The notes under the pieces were generated by a model that was not told the origin of the DNA, ran no database searches, and was given only the letters and a program-made list of their open reading frames with translations. The position numbers and the translations under genes were made by a program. This document shows positions 34,654 through 44,349 of a DNA stretch of 64,000 nt, in pieces. This DNA comes from a virus (lineage: Duplodnaviria; Caudoviricetes): the IMG/VR virus record IMGVR_UViG_3300037400_003286, one strand, 5' to 3'. Position 1 is the stretch's first letter. Each line of letters opens with the position of its first letter.

Positions 34654-35508
34654 TTAAATCTCTGTTAAATTGTACTTTGGGTTAATATATTGCTTAGGTA
34701 ATCTATTTACGACAACTTCATAATTAGGTGTGTTGAACATTATAATAGCATTCTGTCCTTCCTTGTAATTATTGTATCTGTCAAGAATTCTTTCTCTCAA
34801 TCCTACAGCATTATCGAAATATTTTCTTGATGACCAGTTATCTATCTTTGATCTTATATCCTGTCTGATCCATGATAGATGGTGCATCTTTACAGTACCG
34901 AAACTTAAAATGCTATAGAATTCACCTTCCTGTGTTATCATGTATCTTCTCGTAGGATCAGAAGGTTTATCGAAACTCCCATGCTTGAAATTAAACCTGT
35001 AATGACTTTCTGTTATAAATGGAACATAACAAAGGAAAGGCCACACCATAAGATGTCTGTAGTCCCTATAATAATTAATATACTGACAGTAAGAAATCTT
35101 TATCTTATCTGTCCTGTCTATAATATCCTTAGCTCTTGCAAAATCCTCTCTGTCGTAGAATTCATCGCTGTCTATTACCATGCTGTGAGAACATCCCTTT
35201 TCTCTCTCAAGATAATCCAGGATGAAATTTCTCTTATCAGTCTCAACGAATCTCGGAGAATGATTTCCCTCATCTTCATGCATGTTTTCTGGTGTAAACC
35301 ATATGACATCATCGACAAGGTTTTCTTCGACAAGGAATTTTACATGATCAATAACTTTAGGATTAATAGGTATTCCATAATATGACTCGTTCTGCAAACA
35401 CACCACGATTTCATCACAAAGTGGTCTAACCTCTGTCAGCATGTTTCTCAGATGACACACATCATCAAATACGATAATTCCGTATCCAAGCTTTGTAATC
35501 TTACTCAT
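34654..35508 (-). CDS. Glycosyltransferase-like protein (GT-A/GT2-like)
   Basis: ETDKRN..L..., VIDSDEFY (DxD), MHHLSWIR. Confidence 0.7.
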   Translation of the reverse strand: MSKITKLGYGIIVFDDVCHLRNMLTEVRPLCDEIVVCLQNESYYGIPINPKVIDHVKFLVEENLVDDVIWFTPENMHEDEGNHSPRFVETDKRNFILDYLEREKGCSHSMVIDSDEFYDREDFARAKDIIDRTDKIKISYCQYINYYRDYRHLMVWPFLCYVPFITESHYRFNFKHGSFDKPSDPTRRYMITQEGEFYSILSFGTVKMHHLSWIRQDIRSKIDNWSSRKYFDNAVGLRERILDRYNNYKEGQNAIIMFNTPNYEVVVNRLPKQYINPKYNLTEI

Positions 35509-35514
35509 TCTCGA

Positions 35515-35703
35515 TTATTCGTGAAACTTTACGATATATGGTTTGTGTGATTTTGTATCTACTATTGTGAAATCGTTACTATTCTCGTTAAACTTATCTG
35601 ATGGGAAATTGAAATAGTTTCCCTCTGGTGTAATTACGAAAAAATCGTTGCTGTCCATTTCAACATCAGCATACAAAACATCGTTCTGTTCATTATCCAA
35701 CAT
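35515..35703 (-). CDS. Small hypothetical protein
   Basis: 62-aa first gene of the GT operon, downstream of a middle promoter. Confidence 0.65.
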   Translation of the reverse strand: MLDNEQNDVLYADVEMDSNDFFVITPEGNYFNFPSDKFNENSNDFTIVDTKSHKPYIVKFHE

Positions 35704-35731
35704 TTCAATTAAATAAGTTTTCCTTTATATT

Positions 35732-35762
35732 ATTATACGGTAAATAAACGAAAACGATTAAA
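35732..35762 (-). promoter_or_regulatory. Bipartite promoter TTTAATC-N16-CGTATAAT
   Basis: Exact match upstream of the glycosyltransferase operon. Confidence 0.8.
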
Positions 35763-35787
35763 AAAGGAGGCAACAAATATTGCCTCC
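35759..35787 (-). terminator. Intrinsic terminator
   Basis: GGAGGCAA-loop-TTGCCTCC followed by a U-run on the minus strand. Confidence 0.8.
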
Positions 35788-35789
35788 AA

Positions 35790-36020
35790 CAAATTCCTAT
35801 GAAAAAAGTAATTGTAAACAGCTGGATACACGAAAGATGTCGTAGCTTTAGCCAAGGATTAATCCTAGGACATGGTGCGTTTACGAGCACTCTTACATCA
35901 TCTGTTGTAAATACAACATTTGATTTGCGTTATATATTATATATCTTAATTTTGAAAATTAAAAAAATGAATTGCCGCGATTCCTATGCGGCACTGAAGA
36001 TATAGCGTTTCCTCGCGCAT
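35790..36020 (-). ncRNA. Candidate structured non-coding RNA(s)
   Basis: Intergenic; several GC-rich hairpins; no credible ORF; no family recognised. Confidence 0.3.
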
Positions 36021-36053
36021 TTATTTATGAAAAAGTTCAAAGAGAACCTTGTT

Positions 36054-36560
36054 TTACTTAAAAGTTGCAAGATACTTCCATTTTCCAATATTATGTGTCA
36101 TATCCTCAAGTTCGTTAACAATACCACTGTAAAGCTTATCATTCTCAAGACAAGCACACAACTGAATCACAGCTTCATGAAGCTCACAAAGAAGCGGACT
36201 AAGCTCAACCTGGTTTGTCATTGTAGGAACAACAGCACCAACCTGGATTCTGAATCCACAAACACCCATCAGATCCTCAGCAATATTATCCTCGAATTCC
36301 TCAAGTGATGATATAATGTCGTCAGTCAACAGATGTTTTGAATTTCTCTCTGCAACCCAATGTAACTCTCTCAGTCTGATTCTAACGCCTTCTATGTATT
36401 TTATGAAATCAAGAACAGCTTCCTGTGGTGTAACAACCTCTTCCTCTACAGCATTCTGTTTGTTAGCAATAGCCATTATAGCTGTAGCAATTGCATCTGT
36501 ACCATACTTATCTTCCAGGCTCTCAAGAAGCATTCTATCTTGTCTACGTATTCTTTTCAT
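36054..36560 (-). CDS. Ferritin/Dps-like four-helix protein
   Basis: LRELHW...HLLTDD...EDNIAEDLMG...KWKYLATF; late promoter AGATAAATACT at 36584-36594. Confidence 0.7.
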   Translation of the reverse strand: MKRIRRQDRMLLESLEDKYGTDAIATAIMAIANKQNAVEEEVVTPQEAVLDFIKYIEGVRIRLRELHWVAERNSKHLLTDDIISSLEEFEDNIAEDLMGVCGFRIQVGAVVPTMTNQVELSPLLCELHEAVIQLCACLENDKLYSGIVNELEDMTHNIGKWKYLATFK

Positions 36561-36603
36561 CTTGATAAAACCAAAATCATTTTAGTATTTATCTCGAAAA
36601 CGT

Positions 36604-38175
36604 TCAACTAAATAGACTCTTTTGAGTTAGATCGACATTGAATGTGTTACAAGGGAATCCTCTTTTGTTGTATATGTCTATTCTTTCCATTCCATGCTTG
36701 AAAAGATAATTCTCTTCATAATATCCTCCACCGAATCTGAAATCATCAACAAAGTCAATCATTATAGTCTTGTCCTTTCCCTCGAATTTACGCATACCAC
36801 GACCAAGGATCTGTGCAAGAATTGTATCTGACTTTGTTGTCTCAACCAAGAATATATTCCACATATTAGCAATATCAATACCCTCTGAGAAACATCCCAT
36901 AGAAGCAATTATAATTGTATTTCCAGTAAGATCATCTTCCATAGCCTGTTTCATTTCATCACGAGCATTCGTGTTAGTGTTACCGTCAATATAGAAACAT
37001 GTCTTGTCTGTTGCTTCCCTAACCCTGTCATATATTCTTCTTCCGTATCCATTTTCAACATCAGAGAATATAACAAGAGTATTCTTGGTTGTCTTGCCAA
37101 TCATATCACATATGTAACTTAGTCTGAGTGTGCTATCCCTGGCAATCTCCCTTTCCTTTGCCAATATCTTGTTTCCTATCGTTGGATCATCTGATTTACT
37201 GACAGATCTTATCTTGTAAAGACCTTCAAGCGTCTCATAATCCAAATATCTCAGGAAAAACGAGTTTATATAAACTGGAGTAGCTGATTTCTTTGTCTCA
37301 ATGAGTTCGTAGCTTGGAAGTCTGAACACAACAGGTCCAACATAAGATGCAAGTACAAAGCTCTCATATGAATCATCATCTGGATATGTACCAGTCATTC
37401 CTATCTTATACTGAGCATTGACACACTTTCTTACGATCTTTCTTATACTGGGAGATGTAGCATGGTGACACTCATCTATAATAACAGCATCGAATTTCTC
37501 AAAGAAATCATTACTCTTTCTACAAAGAGACTGATAGTTACCGAAAATTATATTTTCGTCGTAAGACTCTTTTTTCTTGGCCTTAGCATGAACCTCGCTA
37601 TAAGTCCAATCAGTAAGCATTTGATTCGTCTGATCATACTCTACAAATTTATTTGCCGATTGCGTTGTAAGATTTGTCTTTGGTGTGATGAACAAAATAT
37701 GATTGAAATGAAGAAAATCCTTCATGAATCTGAAAAGCATGTAAGCCATCAGCGTCTTACCTCCAGACGTTGAAACCTCTACACAACATCTCATGAATTC
37801 AATCATCTTGAACACACCATCGATCTGATAGTCTCTTGGAGTCATCTTTGAGTTCTGGAACAATCCATTAATGTACTCCTTGAAAGTATCATATGATATA
37901 TTAGGATTTCTTATCTTCTTATCAAAATCATCAATAAATGCTATCTGATAACTGAATCTCTTGCAAGCATTTATCAGTTCTATCCACAATCCAACAGGAA
38001 TAAGACCGAAGTTGTTCATAAAATTCTCTTCAACTACGGCATTAGGATTCTTGCTCTTAATAATGAACCATGATGGTATCTTCTTCGTAAAGCACAACCT
38101 AAGTTGTCTTAACTCGATGACATCACCTTCTACAAGTATCCAATTCTTATCTTCTGTTAATCTCGCTGTAAGCAA
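36604..38175 (-). CDS. uvsW: UvsW-like SF2 DNA helicase
   Basis: PRDYQ, STSGGKT, DECHH, GMTGT, FSEGIDI, QILGRGMR; TTG start. Confidence 0.9.
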   Translation of the reverse strand: MLTARLTEDKNWILVEGDVIELRQLRLCFTKKIPSWFIIKSKNPNAVVEENFMNNFGLIPVGLWIELINACKRFSYQIAFIDDFDKKIRNPNISYDTFKEYINGLFQNSKMTPRDYQIDGVFKMIEFMRCCVEVSTSGGKTLMAYMLFRFMKDFLHFNHILFITPKTNLTTQSANKFVEYDQTNQMLTDWTYSEVHAKAKKKESYDENIIFGNYQSLCRKSNDFFEKFDAVIIDECHHATSPSIRKIVRKCVNAQYKIGMTGTYPDDDSYESFVLASYVGPVVFRLPSYELIETKKSATPVYINSFFLRYLDYETLEGLYKIRSVSKSDDPTIGNKILAKEREIARDSTLRLSYICDMIGKTTKNTLVIFSDVENGYGRRIYDRVREATDKTCFYIDGNTNTNARDEMKQAMEDDLTGNTIIIASMGCFSEGIDIANMWNIFLVETTKSDTILAQILGRGMRKFEGKDKTIMIDFVDDFRFGGGYYEENYLFKHGMERIDIYNKRGFPCNTFNVDLTQKSLFS

Positions 38176-38201
38176 TATTATTTTCTTCTTTCTGTTTTCT
38201 A

Positions 38202-38229
38202 ACTATTTATCCTTTTGCAAATATACAAC
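38202..38229 (-). promoter_or_regulatory. Tandem host-type (GTTGTATATTTGCAA) and late (GGATAAATAGT) promoters of uvsW
   Basis: The two motifs lie back to back, 2 nt apart. Confidence 0.7.
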
Positions 38230-38285
38230 AAAAATTTCGGCTACAAAAATAACATATACAAAAAATGAGCGAAATGCCTTATATT

Positions 38286-38296
38286 AGATAAATAGT
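38286..38296 (+). promoter_or_regulatory. Late promoter AGATAAATAGT
   Basis: 17 nt upstream of ATG 38314. Confidence 0.8.
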
Positions 38297-38313
38297 GAAA
38301 GAAATTACGAAAA

Positions 38314-39852
38314 ATGTCAGTAATAAATGATGTTACATCAATACAAGAGGCTGCAACGAAATTCGTAAGCGATATTCTGGGAGGTCTCAATACAGCAGCT
38401 ACACAAATAGCTGGTGTTGATGTTATGTGGTTCAGACTTCAGCCAGACAAGCGTTCACAAGATGTTATATTCCAGTCTTATACGCTTTATGGTGTTGAGG
38501 ACTGTCCTCTGTCGTTGAAAGCAATGTACGCTGATAACAGCTATGATGATGCAGCAATAACATATAATATCATGGGTATAAACTTCAACGTTCCTATGAC
38601 ACTTGATATTGCACTAAATACATGGAATGAAGCTACTGGAAACGACGGAACAATACCACAGAAAGGTGACATAGTTTTCATACCGATGACAAGAAAGCTT
38701 ATGGAGGTAGTAAGTATGCAACCAGTAAAGCAGCTTGGTGGACAGCTTACATCCTACAAAGTTAATCTTTCAATATATACACCTACAAGAAACAGGATTG
38801 TTGGGGAACAACTCAAGGAAAGCATCGAAAACAACACAACCAATCTTATGGAAAGATTCGGTGAGGATATTCATAAAAATGTCGAGGATATTGTTGATGA
38901 TAACCAGCTTTCACTATTCGATTCGACATCAAAGGATAAACAGAAGAAAGTTACTCCAACAAACACAAGCGAAACAATAATGCTTGATGTAAGGACAATT
39001 ATATCATACGATCTTATAATTGACGGACACACAGTAGCAAGAAACTACTATAATCTTGATTCTCCATCTAAGCATATTGTAGATTATAAGGAACACGATA
39101 TTGTTTCAACAGAAAACGAAAGATGCCTGTCTTGTTGGTTCAAGATAAACGATACAAAGAACACCGCTATCAAAAACATAAAAGACGGTATTATTGTATC
39201 TAAGGAAAATGGTGAATATTTTATAGATACATCTGTTGGAAGCAAATTTGCAAAGGATGAGAATGTTGTGATAAAGAGAGGATCTATTGTTATTCCTGGT
39301 GTTGTTGTAAACGAATCAAGAATAAAAGTAAACGGAGATCTTATAACGAAGATTAACAAATCTGTTCCTGGTTGGAAAAATATGCCAGGATATGCTATCA
39401 CATCAGACAGTGTAATAGGATTGCTGAACAGCGATGTTTTCAATGTTTCTGTCAAGGGTGGTAAGATGATTTCAATATCTACATCAGATGAAGAAGCTCT
39501 CATCACAATGACAGAAGACATAAAGACAGAAAAATGGTATGGTGTTATCGTTAACTTCGGTGATGACTTCAGTGTTGACTTATATACAACAGTTGACGAC
39601 AAACTTACAAACATATCATCAGTTTCTGGAATAAGTAATGAGATTTATGAAAGTGTTGAAATAGATCATTATTACATCAACTCATCAAATGGTGCATTGA
39701 CAAACATCAGATTATATAATACTTTCAACAGAGAAATAGACAAACAACTAACGGATTTGGTATCTTATAACATCAGAAATGATCATAATGCTATCATTAA
39801 TGACAGTGCAGATACTTATCTGAATAAAGAATATAAGGGTAGACAAAGATAA
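38314..39852 (+). CDS. Neck protein (T4 gp14-like) with C-terminal LamG/ConA-like extension
   Basis: QDVIFQSY...PQKGDIVFIPMTRKLMEV resembles gp14; LSCWFK..KWYGVIVN..LTNIRLYN resembles LamG. Confidence 0.65.
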   Translation: MSVINDVTSIQEAATKFVSDILGGLNTAATQIAGVDVMWFRLQPDKRSQDVIFQSYTLYGVEDCPLSLKAMYADNSYDDAAITYNIMGINFNVPMTLDIALNTWNEATGNDGTIPQKGDIVFIPMTRKLMEVVSMQPVKQLGGQLTSYKVNLSIYTPTRNRIVGEQLKESIENNTTNLMERFGEDIHKNVEDIVDDNQLSLFDSTSKDKQKKVTPTNTSETIMLDVRTIISYDLIIDGHTVARNYYNLDSPSKHIVDYKEHDIVSTENERCLSCWFKINDTKNTAIKNIKDGIIVSKENGEYFIDTSVGSKFAKDENVVIKRGSIVIPGVVVNESRIKVNGDLITKINKSVPGWKNMPGYAITSDSVIGLLNSDVFNVSVKGGKMISISTSDEEALITMTEDIKTEKWYGVIVNFGDDFSVDLYTTVDDKLTNISSVSGISNEIYESVEIDHYYINSSNGALTNIRLYNTFNREIDKQLTDLVSYNIRNDHNAIINDSADTYLNKEYKGRQR

Positions 39853-42089
39853 TGGGTGATGACGATAAAATTTACAACGGTGGAAGTATTAATGAAGTAA
39901 CAGTTACTGGTACAGCACCTGCTACCGATGTTAGTAGAGAACAAGAAAAATTCATTAACGAAGGAAGAATGAATCTATTCGATACAAGATTGTATCGAAC
40001 TCTTGTGCTATATAATGAACAGATAAAACATGATCAGGTATTCTATCCACACTTCGACTATGGTTCATATGTCATGGACTTCCATGAAACAACAACCTCT
40101 GTCGAAAGAATGATCGAGGAAACTAATGAAAAAGAACAGCCAAAGGTTAAACAAGGTCTCGAAAAAAGAAAAGATTATATTGACACGTTTGTTAAAGAAA
40201 ACGAAAACAAATATCTTGCTGCTCGTTCATTCATTCACCCTTATGCTCTTGTTAGACTTGCTGGTGCTCATGGTAGTCCAAATGTTGTAGCAAAATTCTT
40301 AACATACGACCAATATAACAAAAGAAGATTCTATGAAATTGATGGTGATCCAGAATATGCTGGAAATTATTCAAGAACACCTACAACAACCACACTTATA
40401 AAATGGGGTAATGAATCAGAAAGAGGAAAGACACCATATTCTTTCCAAGATTTTGTATTCTGTAAATGGTGGAATAAAATAGAAAACAATAGAATGATAA
40501 CGCTTAGACGTTATGCTGCACCAGTAACAGATAATATAGAATTCTCAGATTATGTTGTAAGTGAAGCAGCTTCAACTGGAGATGATAGCGGAACATTTCA
40601 AGTAACCGTAAAAGAAGGTGACAGAGAAGTAGTTAAGAATTATTCTGGTAGAAACAGTACAAACCCTTGGACACCTCTTGCTACAGCCGTTACATATTTC
40701 GGAGAAGGAACTGGAAATGATCTATCTGATATAATGACATTCAGTGCTCACTACAACTGGGCTGAAGTAAAAGCTGAAAAATCTCCTATAGATATAACAG
40801 CACAACAAAATGACGCTGGTAATGGATTAGTTAGTGATGACTTTAGTGGAATATCAAGTGGTCTTGGTACTATAGCTAAATTTATGGGATTCTTAGGTGA
40901 AGCTACAGGCGGAAGAACCATTAATCTTGATGGCGCTCCAAATAACGTTCCACCAGATCCTTATAAAGACGGTCCATACGAAAACAGAATTCTCGGTCCA
41001 ATAAATGTAATAATGAATACAGTAAGACGTGAAAGAGGACTTGAATTCAAACAGGATGGATTGAAAATTACATTCGATTATGTTGCAAGACCTATTGCTG
41101 GTATAAACAGCAAGGCTGTATTACTTGACTTAATGTCAAATATTCTTATTCTTACATATTCTTCTGGCTCGTGGTTTGGTGGTATGTGGAGATTTAAGGC
41201 TATGGGAAATCCAGCCGTATATCCCTGGAAATATGGAGATGCAATGAATAAACTTTATCGTGGTGAGATTTTTGGTAAAAACGGTGCTGTAATGACACTT
41301 ACAAAACACGTATTCTCTGATGGTAAGAATTATCTTTCATCGTTCCTTCCAGATGCAGCTAAATTCATTTCAAACTTGTTCAAAGGAGCAATTGATGCAA
41401 TATACGGAGTTATTACTGGTAAGGACGAAAGAACACAAAGAGCAGCAATAGAGTTCCAAAATGTATTGGGTACTGGTACAGCCAAAGCTATTCAGAAAGT
41501 TATAGCAGCTAAAGCTATGAAAGGAACAACAGTTCCATACATTCAAAATCAAAGAGCTTTGCTTACTGGTGAACCTGTTGGTGACTGGCATTTAACAATA
41601 GGAAATCCTCTTAATCCAATAGCAATGATAGGAAACCTTATCGTCAAGGATGTTACTTTTAAATGGAGTAACGAACTTGGCCCAGATGATTTTCCTATCG
41701 GATTCACAGCAGAGATAACATTAGATCACGGATTAGGACGAGATAGAGATGCAATCGAATCAATGTTCAACAGAGGTTTCGGTAGAATCTATACACTATC
41801 AAAACATTTCAGATCGTCAGCAGACGGAGAAACTAAAGTTGATGCTTATACTGGTGGACAGAACACTAAAAACGGACGTGTTAAATATAATGAAATAAGA
41901 AGCACATATTTCGGTGGCGGAACTAGATTCATAGCTAAGACACAACATTCAGCACTTAGAAATACTGGTGTTATATACACTGGTGCAACAAATGATATAG
42001 CATCGTTGAAACCAACCAACACAATAATGTCAAACCAAACAGTTTCGTCATACTATGTAAATACTTGGCAAATGGGTATGAATATGTAA
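39852..42089 (+). CDS. Putative baseplate/tail-tube junction protein
   Basis: 745 aa; first gene of the baseplate cluster; exact family uncertain. Confidence 0.45.
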   Translation: MGDDDKIYNGGSINEVTVTGTAPATDVSREQEKFINEGRMNLFDTRLYRTLVLYNEQIKHDQVFYPHFDYGSYVMDFHETTTSVERMIEETNEKEQPKVKQGLEKRKDYIDTFVKENENKYLAARSFIHPYALVRLAGAHGSPNVVAKFLTYDQYNKRRFYEIDGDPEYAGNYSRTPTTTTLIKWGNESERGKTPYSFQDFVFCKWWNKIENNRMITLRRYAAPVTDNIEFSDYVVSEAASTGDDSGTFQVTVKEGDREVVKNYSGRNSTNPWTPLATAVTYFGEGTGNDLSDIMTFSAHYNWAEVKAEKSPIDITAQQNDAGNGLVSDDFSGISSGLGTIAKFMGFLGEATGGRTINLDGAPNNVPPDPYKDGPYENRILGPINVIMNTVRRERGLEFKQDGLKITFDYVARPIAGINSKAVLLDLMSNILILTYSSGSWFGGMWRFKAMGNPAVYPWKYGDAMNKLYRGEIFGKNGAVMTLTKHVFSDGKNYLSSFLPDAAKFISNLFKGAIDAIYGVITGKDERTQRAAIEFQNVLGTGTAKAIQKVIAAKAMKGTTVPYIQNQRALLTGEPVGDWHLTIGNPLNPIAMIGNLIVKDVTFKWSNELGPDDFPIGFTAEITLDHGLGRDRDAIESMFNRGFGRIYTLSKHFRSSADGETKVDAYTGGQNTKNGRVKYNEIRSTYFGGGTRFIAKTQHSALRNTGVIYTGATNDIASLKPTNTIMSNQTVSSYYVNTWQMGMNM

Positions 42090-42106
42090 AAATAAGTTTA
42101 ATCAAT

Positions 42107-42715
42107 ATGTTTGCAAGAACTTTAGACGCGAAAGGAACATACAAAATAGATAATGATACTGAAGTTATCGATCTTGCTGATGGAATATTCGATCCAAATA
42201 AGGCAATGACTCAGATTTGCAGTATATACAAGGTCAGAAAAGAATACGAAATGAGACCAGATCTTGTTTCTGCCGCACTTTATGGTACTACGGACTATAC
42301 TGAAATGATCCTGAAATATTCATTGATAAGCAACCCATTTGCAATAGAGAAGGATGACCTTATATACGGTGCATCAATGGCTGATATATATAATCCTGTA
42401 AAGGATACGGCAATAGACAGCACTGGCGTATTCGATGCAGTTAAGAATTATCACAAATACATAGATAAGAGCAAGGTTCCAGAAAAGCCTGGTTCTGATA
42501 AAGTAACAGTAAATATTCCTGGACCTAAGAAATCTGATTCAGAAGCCAATATATCAAAGACTGGAAATACTGGACTTACAGTTAAGGACGGTAAGATTTA
42601 TTTCGGTGACATAGACGATCAGATAACAAAGGTTGACTCATCAATAGTAAATTGCGCAACAAACGGAACATCACTCGGTGAATTCCTCAACGCAGCATTA
42701 AAGAACAGTAAATAA
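42107..42715 (+). CDS. Baseplate wedge subunit (T4 gp53/LysM-like)
   Basis: EMRPDLVSAALYGTTDYTEMILKYSLISNPF. Confidence 0.75.
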   Translation: MFARTLDAKGTYKIDNDTEVIDLADGIFDPNKAMTQICSIYKVRKEYEMRPDLVSAALYGTTDYTEMILKYSLISNPFAIEKDDLIYGASMADIYNPVKDTAIDSTGVFDAVKNYHKYIDKSKVPEKPGSDKVTVNIPGPKKSDSEANISKTGNTGLTVKDGKIYFGDIDDQITKVDSSIVNCATNGTSLGEFLNAALKNSK

Positions 42716-44346
42716 TGGCAATAGTATTAAATAACATAACAGACAGACCAGCCTCATATAATCAGTTACAAGAGGTTCAATCTCCTAATATCGTGAGACT
42801 TGTAGAAGACTCTGATATTCAGAAGACAATACGCTTTGATGAAATGTCGATAGACGATGGGCCAGATCCTACAACTGAGCAGGGAGGTAACAAGAAATTG
42901 GACGAATTAGGACTTGTTTATCCAATGATACGTATCAATGACATGATACTTTCAAGATCAAACATTCGTTCAATGACATTATCGATGACTGGATTCATGC
43001 CTACGATTTCATTGAATCTTATGTTTGATAATACGAATTTCCTTAGTAAGAATATGCCTAAGGATGGTGATATTATCTCAATATTCATACGTGTAGATAC
43101 TGCTGCCTTAACATACCTGAGAGATGATTTCGTTATCACAAGCTGTTCTGGCGTAAATGCGAACAGAGGTGAGATGAGTTCAAATGTATCATTAAGTGGA
43201 AGATTATTCATAGAAGCATTTGATTCTAGAACATCAATAGACGCATTTGCTGGTTCAAGCAAATTCGTTATGAAGGAACTTGCGAAGAAATTCGGTTTAG
43301 GATTTGCCTACAATGATTTTGATGATACGGATGACTTTATGAACTGGATACAATGCAGGGAGTCAACTCAAACATTCATTGAAAATGTTATGAGACATTC
43401 ATGGAAAAATGAGACATCATTCTTCAAGACATGGATTGACTTATACTATAACATCTGTTTTGTGAATGTTAATAAATTCCTACTTTCAACAGAGAATGAA
43501 GAAGAGGTTGATGTTACATTTGCAACCAATATCATGAACATGTATAATCAGTTAGCTGCTGATACATCAGTAGGAAGTGCAAGAATGTCTGTAAAAGTCC
43601 TGACAACAATGCCAGAATTCAAAAACACACCATTCTTCATAAGAAACTGGAGTCCTGTTAATAATTCATCAGCCATATCAATGTCAACTGGATACAGTAC
43701 ATCAAGTTTCACGTTCAAACACAATCAGAACATGATTAATGGTGGTGACTATAACTGTTTCGAGGAACTTACGAATATTCCAGCATATGACCAGAAAAAG
43801 ACTGATTCGTTCATACTTCTGAGAGGTAGAGCAAAATATGAAGCTGGTAAAAACCCAGATAATGAGCAAGCTCGTGTAAATCACGAATACATAGGAACAT
43901 ATAACAGAGCAGAATGGTCTGGTGTTGAATATGTTATGAGTGACGGTGATGATAAAAAGAATCCAAACGAATGGTCTGGAAATGTTCATAAGAACTATAA
44001 CAGATCACCTTATCATAACACACAGAATTTCAGCGAGTTAAATAAGATGTACATCAATGTTACATGTGAAGGTTTGAATCTACAGATAATGAAAGGTGAG
44101 AGAATACCTGTAATTATAGGATTCACAAACTCGTTTGAAAATGATATGTATAATGCAGCTACACCAAACGATGAGCCAAGAGAAATAAACAAATTCTATT
44201 CTGGATACTATATCGTTGACAGTGTTGAATATCTATATAATCCTATGTCGAATGAAGGTGTTTCACCATATACAACAAAATATGTACTCAAGAGAAGAGA
44301 ATGGCCTGCACCTGAGGCAATCGCAAAAGATAATAACGGTAAATAA
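42715..44346 (+). CDS. Baseplate hub protein (gp27/VgrG N-terminal-like)
   Basis: Position between gp53-like and gp5-like genes; GLNLQIMKGERI..YSGYYIVDSVEY..LKRREW C-terminus. Confidence 0.6.
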   Translation: MAIVLNNITDRPASYNQLQEVQSPNIVRLVEDSDIQKTIRFDEMSIDDGPDPTTEQGGNKKLDELGLVYPMIRINDMILSRSNIRSMTLSMTGFMPTISLNLMFDNTNFLSKNMPKDGDIISIFIRVDTAALTYLRDDFVITSCSGVNANRGEMSSNVSLSGRLFIEAFDSRTSIDAFAGSSKFVMKELAKKFGLGFAYNDFDDTDDFMNWIQCRESTQTFIENVMRHSWKNETSFFKTWIDLYYNICFVNVNKFLLSTENEEEVDVTFATNIMNMYNQLAADTSVGSARMSVKVLTTMPEFKNTPFFIRNWSPVNNSSAISMSTGYSTSSFTFKHNQNMINGGDYNCFEELTNIPAYDQKKTDSFILLRGRAKYEAGKNPDNEQARVNHEYIGTYNRAEWSGVEYVMSDGDDKKNPNEWSGNVHKNYNRSPYHNTQNFSELNKMYINVTCEGLNLQIMKGERIPVIIGFTNSFENDMYNAATPNDEPREINKFYSGYYIVDSVEYLYNPMSNEGVSPYTTKYVLKRREWPAPEAIAKDNNGK

Positions 44347-44349
44347 TAA

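Noticed and set aside
35830-35905. Twister or hammerhead ribozyme
   Set aside because: UAA after a short stem and GUCCUA resemble twister, but the pseudoknot partners and 3' purine motif do not match, and there is no CUGAUGA/GAAA pair on one strand; kept only as an unassigned structured region
35705-36005. ORFs 35705-35890(-) and 35799-36005(+)
   Set aside because: They run through a terminator, a promoter and hairpins and lack credible starts; the region is treated as non-coding
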